Shown: positions 57,179-64,000 of the stretch, piece by piece
How positions within the stretch are numbered: position 1 is the stretch's first letter
How the letters are laid out: the number at the start of each line of letters is the position of its first letter
Source of the DNA: an uncultured Hyphomicrobiales bacterium
GTDB lineage: Bacteria; Bacteroidota; Ignavibacteria; Kapaibacteriales; UBA7675
NCBI GenBank assembly: GCA_964445695.1
Contig: CAYULF010000007.1
Coordinates: forward strand, 23,638-87,637
Direction of reading: 5' to 3'
DNA: 64,000 nt
Program-made: the position numbers and the translations under genes
The notes under the pieces: model-generated
Database searches by the model: none
The model's input: only the letters and a program-made list of their open reading frames with translations
What the model was told of the DNA's origin: nothing

Positions 57179-58876
57179 TCAGAAGCTGCTGGCCAGCGTC
57201 AACAGCAAACCCGTGGCTGCGGGAACGTTACGGCAAACACCACCGACGCAAACAATCCCCTCGCGCTGACGAGCGAAGTTTAATTGAAGTCGATGCGGCC
57301 CCTGTACATAGGTTGCGTTGAACCCCAGGTAGTGAATGCGTTTTTTCTTGTCTTCGTGTCCCAGATTGTACTCGTCGGAAATCGAAAAGAACCAGTTGGG
57401 CGCCAGCGCGAGTTCGACCAGCGCAAAGGCCCAGTCCCCCGATTCGGGCTCGCCGTCAAATTCCTGACTGGAAATTGCGTATTGCAATTCGGTGCGCAGT
57501 GAATTGACCGGCGTAATTTTATATGTGATTTCCGACGTGATAATATTGCTTGTAATTACACCATAGCTGCCATTGGGCTTGCCTTCGATAATATCCTTGT
57601 TGTACGCGATGCGGAAGTACCCGAGGTTAACTTTCAAGTCTTTATCGAAGCGGCGGCTGAACTTGATGTTGAAATCGTCGAACAACCTGCGGCCGGCGTC
57701 AAAAAAGCCGGTTTCGTAGGTAAATGTATCGATCGGCGTGCGCTCCAGCGGATGCAAGCGTGCGTATTCGAGAGAAATATCGGTACCATAGCGACCACCG
57801 ATGCCGTCGCCGCGCGGAATGTTAAAGACTACACTCCCCTGCACGCCGATTTCACCATTGGCCTGAGTTGCATAGGGAAACAGCGTCACGAGGCGCTCCG
57901 TGTGCGTCTGACTCTGCGGCGGAAGGAAGTTTAGATTCAGATTGTTGGCCGTCGCCGCGCGATCTCCGCGCGAATCCATTTTGTCGACGCGTTTGGCGCT
58001 CAGCGAGATCCCCAGCCCACGTTCGGAGTAACTGGTCGACACATACAGGCCATTGCCTTCATTATAGGCGTAGTTGGACGGGTTTGACAGCGGCGAAGCC
58101 GTATCGCCCGGAAAAAAGTACACATCGGTCGCTGAAGGATCGTTGGACTTGAACGCATACTCAGTATAAAGGTTGAAGCCGCCGATGCCCAATGTAGCGC
58201 GCCCGGCAAAGGAGGCCACATTTTCCGGCAAAATGTACAGCGGATCGTCATCGGCCTGAAAACGACTGACCATACTACCACCGAGCAAAAGAACAACGTC
58301 GCCGTCATCGCCGAAGATACTACTGGCATCAACGTCGAGGTCAAGCCCGCGGATGATGCCCTCGCTCTTATTCCAGAAGCTGCGCTGCCTTCCGATCAGG
58401 CCGGTAATCGTGATATTGTCATCGGGCCGCACCTTGACGCGCAAACCGTCAATGGCGTTGTCGAAACCGAGCAGACGCTCCTCATATGCGCGCAGAATGA
58501 GTCCACTGCCAAATTGCTCGTAGAAGTCGCCCGCGGTGACATCGATAAAATCCGAGTTGTAGGTGGCATAGCGGTACGCAAACCCCTGCCCGTCGGCATA
58601 GCGATCATCAAAGCCCAGGATTGGGTTGAGATACGCTTCGTAGCGTGCCCCGGCGCTGAAGCTACCGAGCGTGTAAATCAGGTTGACGTATCCATTGAGG
58701 CGCATTTCTTCGTCGACCTGTTCCGCACCGGTCTCAGTATCATTGATGTAATACTGCGCATCGCTTTGCAGATCGCCGTGAACGGCACCGAGGTTGACGG
58801 GAAGGTCCTGGGAGGGAGCAACAGCCGGAAAAACGATCGCCGCCCCGAAAAGAGCGGCGATAGCGAACTTGTACAT
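57179..58876 (-). CDS. Outer-membrane beta-barrel protein (DUF6029-like porin candidate)
   Basis: Signal peptide MYKFAIAALFGAAIVFPAVA. Amphipathic beta-strand periodicity throughout. C-terminal Phe (…LTLASSF). 565 aa. Confidence 0.55.
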   Translation of the reverse strand: MYKFAIAALFGAAIVFPAVAPSQDLPVNLGAVHGDLQSDAQYYINDTETGAEQVDEEMRLNGYVNLIYTLGSFSAGARYEAYLNPILGFDDRYADGQGFAYRYATYNSDFIDVTAGDFYEQFGSGLILRAYEERLLGFDNAIDGLRVKVRPDDNITITGLIGRQRSFWNKSEGIIRGLDLDVDASSIFGDDGDVVLLLGGSMVSRFQADDDPLYILPENVASFAGRATLGIGGFNLYTEYAFKSNDPSATDVYFFPGDTASPLSNPSNYAYNEGNGLYVSTSYSERGLGISLSAKRVDKMDSRGDRAATANNLNLNFLPPQSQTHTERLVTLFPYATQANGEIGVQGSVVFNIPRGDGIGGRYGTDISLEYARLHPLERTPIDTFTYETGFFDAGRRLFDDFNIKFSRRFDKDLKVNLGYFRIAYNKDIIEGKPNGSYGVITSNIITSEITYKITPVNSLRTELQYAISSQEFDGEPESGDWAFALVELALAPNWFFSISDEYNLGHEDKKKRIHYLGFNATYVQGPHRLQLNFARQREGIVCVGGVCRNVPAATGLLLTLASSF

Positions 58877-59016
58877 TTGCCTGCCTGCACACGGTTAAAC
58901 AACAACTGTCAAACTGATGAAGATTTACGAGCGGCGCAGAGACGCGCCGCCCGTATGATCACGCCGGTGGGCCGACAACGGCCCGTAGACCGATGGTGTT
59001 CAGCCTGCCGTACAAA

Positions 59017-59553
59017 TTACAATTCGCCCGCTTTGACTTTGCGGACGACTTCGAGAAGTTTCAATTCGTCGCCGGGAGCATAGGACGTGTGTTCGTACAC
59101 GACCTCGCGATTGGCATTCAGCACAAAGGTGTGCGGTACTGCATTGACGTGCATTGCGCGTTTCAGGTCGGCATTTTCGTCGATGTAGACATCGTATTCC
59201 CACCCGCGGCCGTTGATAAAGGGTTTGACCTTGCGGCTGGTTCGCGCATCATCCACCGAGATGGCCACCAGCTTGACGCCGGTTTCTTCCTGCCAGTCGG
59301 GGAATTCATCGTGAATCGTGGAAAGCTCGAGAATGCAGGGTTTGCACCAGGTGGCCCAAAAGCTGACGATAATCGGCTTGCCGTCGTTCTTGATGTTTTC
59401 CGTGTTGAAATTCTTGCCGCTCAGGTCTTTTACGACAACTTTCGGCATGGACTTGGTGGCCTGATTATCCGCGTCGTCGGCATAGCCCGCAGTTACTATC
59501 AGAGCCAGCGCAATGCAACAGCTCAGCGCAATCAAACGCTTCAGGTGCATCAT
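59017..59553 (-). CDS. TlpA-like thiol:disulfide oxidoreductase (thioredoxin fold, periplasmic)
   Basis: Signal peptide. WATWCKPC active-site CxxC. AhpC/TSA-like length (about 177 aa). Confidence 0.85.
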   Translation of the reverse strand: MMHLKRLIALSCCIALALIVTAGYADDADNQATKSMPKVVVKDLSGKNFNTENIKNDGKPIIVSFWATWCKPCILELSTIHDEFPDWQEETGVKLVAISVDDARTSRKVKPFINGRGWEYDVYIDENADLKRAMHVNAVPHTFVLNANREVVYEHTSYAPGDELKLLEVVRKVKAGEL

Positions 59554-59967
59554 GTCAATCCTCCAGATACAAATATTGTATTGTGTTTCAAGTCAAAATC
59601 AATGTCGCACGAATGCTGGTTGACAGACCGGCGATCGAGAGTACGACGGCGCTTTGATTCCTTCATCCAGCATAGCTCGGATCACAATACGTGAAAAACT
59701 GTCCAGCCGGGAACAAAATCGGCAGCTGCCGTGTATATGGCCAGAAGCCAAAATGGTAGCGGAAATTAGCATTATTTGTTCCGTACTACAAATTTGGAAA
59801 CTCATACGCAATAGGTCCGTAACTAGTTCCCAATCTTTGACTTTGGGCTCTTGTATAAGCAAGAGTTTTTCCGTATCTTTCGCGCAATCGTACCAAAAAT
59901 GTACGGTAGTGATTATCCAAAGCTTTGAACAATATTTGCATACAAATACATCCGAACGGGTAGAACG

Positions 59968-60690
59968 ATGAAGTTAGCGCGACTCTTTTTAGCGGCCATG
60001 CTAGTTGTTTCGGTGGGAACCGTGACCGCCCAGGCACAAAGCATATTCCTGTTTGCCGGTCCGCACACGATTCAAAGCGATGCAGAAGAATTTGACGTCG
60101 AAGGTAAACTTCCAGTCAGGAACTCCGGCGACACGCAACTGGACATTAAAGTCCGCATGTTTGTCGAGGAAAAAATGGACGGCCAGGACATCTACTTCTG
60201 CTGGGATCAGTGTTTTCCGCCCACTATCGTTGAATCGGGCACGGTTCGCCTGATGCCCGGCGAGTCCTCTGACCTCTTCTCGGCGCACATCAACCCCAAT
60301 GGCGTATCCGGCAAAGCGGTTGTTCGCTTTGAATTCTTCCCGGTCGACGAACCCGAAAAGATTGTCACGACGCGCTTCATCTTTGAAATCGGCGAAACGG
60401 CAACGGATGTGGACGAATTCGGCGGCGCCATTGTGGCACCTCAATTGACGTCCTTCCCGTCGCCGGCAATCGAATCCGTCGAACTCAGCTTTGAGATTCC
60501 CGGTTCGTTCAACAATGCTCAGCTGACGGTGCACAACCTGTTCGGCAATGAAATCGCGACGATTCCGGTAACGGCGGTTCGCGGTTCGACGCTGCTCGAT
60601 GTCACGGGGTACAATCCCGGCGTGTACTTCTACACGTTGACAGTCGACAACCAGCGCTTGCTGAGCAAAAAATTCGTCGTAAAACGTTAA
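59968..60690 (+). CDS. Small secreted protein of unknown function with T9SS C-terminal domain
   Basis: Signal peptide MKLARLFLAAMLVVSVGTVTAQA. C-terminal ...NPGVYFYTLTVDNQRLLSKKFVVKR tail. Confidence 0.65.
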   Translation: MKLARLFLAAMLVVSVGTVTAQAQSIFLFAGPHTIQSDAEEFDVEGKLPVRNSGDTQLDIKVRMFVEEKMDGQDIYFCWDQCFPPTIVESGTVRLMPGESSDLFSAHINPNGVSGKAVVRFEFFPVDEPEKIVTTRFIFEIGETATDVDEFGGAIVAPQLTSFPSPAIESVELSFEIPGSFNNAQLTVHNLFGNEIATIPVTAVRGSTLLDVTGYNPGVYFYTLTVDNQRLLSKKFVVKR

Positions 60691-60726
60691 AATTTCGTGG
60701 TCGACTTTCAGACCACACAACTAAAG

Positions 60727-60767
60727 AGAACCGGCAAGAGAACTGACTCTTGCCGGTTCTTTTTTTG
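60727..60767 (+). terminator. Strong rho-independent terminator (perfect 14-bp stem + U7)
   Basis: agaaccggcaagag-aactga-ctcttgccggttct followed by ttttttt. Confidence 0.8.
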
Positions 60768-60931
60768 TTTCGCGCCACATTGACGGACAGCGTCCGGCTG
60801 TTCCGCCGCAATTTTGATTGAATACCTTATTGCAAGGAATTCGGCGTAGTGCGATATTTGTAGATTCAACCCTAAAATTTGGGTTGAGTCCTATTTTTCA
60901 CTGATTTGCTCATTAACGAAACGGGACATCT

Positions 60932-61603
60932 TTGGGAAGACCGCGCAGCAGAGGCCCGCGAGGCCGTCGTCAACCAATTCGCCAGGAACCGCGCGTACGC
61001 ATTAACGAGCGTATCCGCGTACCACAAATTCGCGTTATCGATGTCGATGGAGAAATGGTCGGCATCATGTCGCCGCAGGCGGCGCTGAAAATTGCCCGCG
61101 AACGCGGACTCGATCTTGTTGAAATTGCTCCGCAGGCCAGCCCGCCCGTGTGCAAGATCATTGATTTCGGCAAGTACCGCTACGAACAGCAGAAACGCGA
61201 AAAAGCGCAGAAGAAAAGCCAGCACCAGCAGCAGTTGAAGGAAATTCGCTTCAAACTCGGCGTAGACACGCACGACTTTGACTTTAAAACGCGTCATGCC
61301 CGCGAGTTTCTGGAAGAAGGCAACAAGGTCAAAGCCACGGTATTTTTCCGCGGCCGCGAAATTGTACACAAAGATTTGGGTAAAGCCGTCATTGAGCGCT
61401 TTATCGCTGCCCTGGCCGACATTTCCAAGGTGGATCAACCCATCAAGATGGAAGGTCCGAACTGCTCGGTAATCGTCGCGCCCGACAAAACGAAAATCAA
61501 GAAAAAACCGAAGCCCGAAAAAGAAGCGGGCAGCGGAAATACAAAGCAGGCCCCGGCGCCTGCTGATTCAAACGACGATGTTGAAGTAGATGACGTCGAA
61601 TAA
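60932..61603 (+). CDS. infC: Translation initiation factor IF-3. First in-frame start is TTG 60932; an in-frame ATT at 60977 is an alternative non-canonical start.
   Basis: RINERIRVPQIRVIDVDGEMVGIM...KEIRFKLGVDTHDFDFK...ATVFFRGREI typical IF3 N- and C-domains. Followed by rpmI-rplT. Confidence 0.85.
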   Translation: MGRPRSRGPRGRRQPIRQEPRVRINERIRVPQIRVIDVDGEMVGIMSPQAALKIARERGLDLVEIAPQASPPVCKIIDFGKYRYEQQKREKAQKKSQHQQQLKEIRFKLGVDTHDFDFKTRHAREFLEEGNKVKATVFFRGREIVHKDLGKAVIERFIAALADISKVDQPIKMEGPNCSVIVAPDKTKIKKKPKPEKEAGSGNTKQAPAPADSNDDVEVDDVE

Positions 61604-61655
61604 TCGGCGCCGCTCCCCTTCGCAACGTTTTACCCTCTAATTAACTGGTGCTGTT

Positions 61656-61853
61656 ATGCCTAAAATGAGAACAAACAGCTCGGCCAAGAAGCGGTTCAAA
61701 AAAACCGCCACGGGCAAGCTGAAACGCCAGAAGGCTTTTCGCAGCCACATTCTGACCAAAAAAACGCGTAAACGCAAACGCGACCTGCGTCAGGATACGG
61801 TGCTGCACCCGGCCGACGAGCCACGCGTCAAGCGCCTGCTCTGCATGGCCTGA
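61656..61853 (+). CDS. rpmI: 50S ribosomal protein L35
   Basis: [28 protein letters not shown]... 65 aa, basic. Confidence 0.9.
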   Translation: MPKMRTNSSAKKRFKKTATGKLKRQKAFRSHILTKKTRKRKRDLRQDTVLHPADEPRVKRLLCMA

Positions 61854-61979
61854 TCGTTAGTTGCGGTAGCCGGCGCGCATGAGCCTTCGTGTTCATGCGG
61901 CGACGCCAGTGCGTCGTACAGATGCGTCGGAACCCACGACAGTTCACAAAATCTGTAAACACATTCTCAGGGATTACTT

Positions 61980-62327
61980 ATGCCTCGTTCAAAGAACAAA
62001 GTAGCTTCAAGGGCGCGCCGCAAAAAGATGCTCAAACTGGCGCGCGGCTACTGGGGTCTGCGTAAAAACGTCTGGACCGTCGCCAAGAACCACATCGAAA
62101 AAGCGCTGCAGTACCAGTACCGCGACCGCCGCGCGCGCAAACGCGAGTTTCGCCGCTTGTGGATCATTCGTATCAACGCCGCTGCGCGTCTGAACGGTAC
62201 GACTTACTCGCGTTTGATCAACGATCTGAAGAACAACAACATCCTGATCAACCGCAAGATTCTGGCCGACCTGGCTGCCAATCAGCCGCAGGCCTTCAGC
62301 CAACTGGTTGCAGCCGTCAAAAGCTGA
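61980..62327 (+). CDS. rplT: 50S ribosomal protein L20
   Basis: [26 protein letters not shown]...[13 protein letters not shown]. 115 aa. Confidence 0.92.
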   Translation: MPRSKNKVASRARRKKMLKLARGYWGLRKNVWTVAKNHIEKALQYQYRDRRARKREFRRLWIIRINAAARLNGTTYSRLINDLKNNNILINRKILADLAANQPQAFSQLVAAVKS

Positions 62328-62428
62328 TCCCCGGCTGCACGGTGAATTTCACGACGGCGCGACTGTCCCACGGGATTGATCGCGCCGTTTTTTCTTAAGG
62401 ACTCCACCCACTCGACGGAGCAAAACGG

Positions 62429-63427
62429 ATGCTCGAGAATATTGCCGCCCTGCGGCAGGCTATTGAGGCCGACCTGGCGACGATCAAGGACCTTGACAGC
62501 GCCGAGGCATTTCGACTGAAACACCTCGTCAAAAAAGGCAGCCTGAATTCCCTGACACAGGACTTCAAAGCCGTGCCGCGCGAGGAAAAAGCGGCTGTGG
62601 GCAAATCGCTGAACGAACTGAAGAACTGGGTGACCGAGTCGTTTGACGCGGCGATGCAGGCCTTCAAACGCGAGGCCGACGACGCGCAGACTGTCGACGT
62701 GACGCTGCCCGGCCGACGCCCGTTCATCGGCGCACAGCACCCCACCAATGCGATGATCCGCGAGATTACGCGCATTTTCAGTGCACTTGGCTTCGACGCA
62801 GCTGAAGGCCCGGAAATCGAAGACGAAAAGCACAATTTTGACGATCTGAATTTTCCGCCCAACCACCCGGCGCGGGATATGCAGGACACATTTTTTGTCA
62901 AGGATGACAATCAGAATCTGGTGCTGCGCACTCATACCTCGCCTGTCCAGATTCGTCTCATGCAGTCGCGCAAACCGCCTATTCGCTGCATCGTGCCGGG
63001 TCGTGTATACCGCAATGAGGCGACCGACGCCACGCACCTGGCCGAATTCCATCAGGTCGAAGGTTTGTACGTGGACCGCAAGGTCTCCATGGCCGACCTG
63101 AAGGGCACGCTCTACACTTTCTTCAGCGAGCTGTTTCAGGATCCGTCGTTGAAATTTCGGCTGCGTCCCTCCTTCTTCCCTTTCACGGAGCCAAGCGCCG
63201 AGGTTGATGTATTTGTCGACGACGCGCGCGGTGCACGCTGGATCGAACTTGCGGGCTGCGGTATGGTTCACCCGAACGTGCTGCGCAACTGCGACATTGA
63301 TCCCGAGGAATATTCCGGTTTTGCCTTTGGTTTCGGCATTGAACGACTGATCATGCCGCGCCGCAAAATCACTGACATCCGCATGCTCTACGAAAACGAC
63401 ATTCGCGTTTTGCATCAATTGACCTGA
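62429..63427 (+). CDS. pheS: Phenylalanine--tRNA ligase alpha subunit
   Basis: Class II motifs: FPPNHPARDMQDTFF; RTHTSPVQIR; FRNEATDATHLAEFHQVEG; GFAFGFGIERL. Confidence 0.92.
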   Translation: MLENIAALRQAIEADLATIKDLDSAEAFRLKHLVKKGSLNSLTQDFKAVPREEKAAVGKSLNELKNWVTESFDAAMQAFKREADDAQTVDVTLPGRRPFIGAQHPTNAMIREITRIFSALGFDAAEGPEIEDEKHNFDDLNFPPNHPARDMQDTFFVKDDNQNLVLRTHTSPVQIRLMQSRKPPIRCIVPGRVYRNEATDATHLAEFHQVEGLYVDRKVSMADLKGTLYTFFSELFQDPSLKFRLRPSFFPFTEPSAEVDVFVDDARGARWIELAGCGMVHPNVLRNCDIDPEEYSGFAFGFGIERLIMPRRKITDIRMLYENDIRVLHQLT

Positions 63428-63446
63428 CGAGGCGGATTCCTGTCCA

Positions 63447-64000
63447 ATGAGTAAAGCTGTTTTACAGGCCCGTGGTCTGACAAAGACGTTCAGTACAGCC
63501 GCCGGGCAGGGTATAACCGTTTTGAAGGATGTTTCGCTGGAGCTGGGCGAAGGCGAAATGGTGGCGGTCGTCGGTCCTTCCGGCGCCGGCAAGAGCACGC
63601 TGCTGCACATACTGGGCGGCCTGGACAGCCCGGATGCGGGCGACGTGTTTTTGCGCGACAGTTCAAATTCGATGCAGAATCTGGCCAAACTGAGCGACGA
63701 AAAATTGGCCGCTGCACGCAACCGGCACATTGGTTATATCTTTCAATTTCACCACCTTCTGCCCGAGTTTTCGGCCATTGAGAATGTCATGATGCCGGCT
63801 TTAATTTCGGGTATGTCCCGTCGCGAGGCGCAGGCCGGAGCGCTCGCGCTGCTGGACGAAGTTGGATTGGCGGATCGCAAGGATCAACGGCCCGTTTTAC
63901 TTTCCGGCGGCGAGCAACAACGCGTTTCGGTGGCGCGCGCCCTGATCAACAAACCAAGCGTTGTATTCGCGGACGAACCTACCGGCAATCTCGATGCCGC
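63447..64000 (+). CDS. ABC transporter ATP-binding protein, LolD/MacB-type (partial; runs off the window end)
   Basis: Manual translation from ATG 63447: [15 protein letters not shown]...[18 protein letters not shown]...[15 protein letters not shown]...[11 protein letters not shown]. No stop in the window. Confidence 0.8.
   Translation, partial: MSKAVLQARGLTKTFSTAAGQGITVLKDVSLELGEGEMVAVVGPSGAGKSTLLHILGGLDSPDAGDVFLRDSSNSMQNLAKLSDEKLAAARNRHIGYIFQFHHLLPEFSAIENVMMPALISGMSRREAQAGALALLDEVGLADRKDQRPVLLSGGEQQRVSVARALINKPSVVFADEPTGNLDA

Noticed and set aside
60851-60862. Bacteroidota-type -7 promoter element (TAnnTTTG) upstream of infC at gcgatatttgtag
   Set aside because: The match is off by one position from the consensus when counted carefully, so not called.
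1-64000. CRISPR array, tandem DNA repeats and prophage genes
   Set aside because: No spaced direct repeats or phage structural/integrase genes were recognisable anywhere in the window.

Overview
This 64 kb window is GC-rich (about 60%) and compactly coded. Gene content points to a Bacteroidota/Rhodothermota-like (FCB group) bacterium with a type IX secretion system (T9SS): at least ten proteins end in a Por_Secre_tail (type A) C-terminal sorting domain, and there is a porU-porV (sortase/shuttle) operon and a PorZ-like double-propeller protein. Housekeeping genes read from sequence are queA, murI, proS, ribH, ldhA, fbaB, holA, infC-rpmI-rplT-pheS, an MsbA-like ABC exporter, DppB/DppC-like permeases and a tRNA-Leu(GAG). 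Immediately downstream of the tRNA-Leu lies a roughly 12 kb stretch of lower GC with unusually long ORF-free spacers. It carries a 616-aa patatin-like phospholipase, a DinB-like protein and ldhA. Its most striking content is a tandem pair of about 925-aa cysteine-rich (vicinal CC) modular T9SS cargo paralogs, each internally duplicated and each containing an SdrD-B-like domain. The two paralogs have nearly identical 3' ends and share a conserved motif about 580 bp upstream. Other notable clusters: three tandem paralogous two-transmembrane small proteins (45.4-47.3 kb); a minus-strand block tlpA - beta-barrel - Omp28-like CxxC lipoprotein - Omp28-like/T9SS protein directly upstream of porU-porV; and a COG0523 (CobW-like) GTPase next to a secreted HExxH metalloprotease with a 7-5-7 palindrome in its promoter. 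Several rho-independent terminators are visible. No CRISPR array, transposase or integrase was seen. Many long antisense ORFs are artefacts of the GC-rich sequence.
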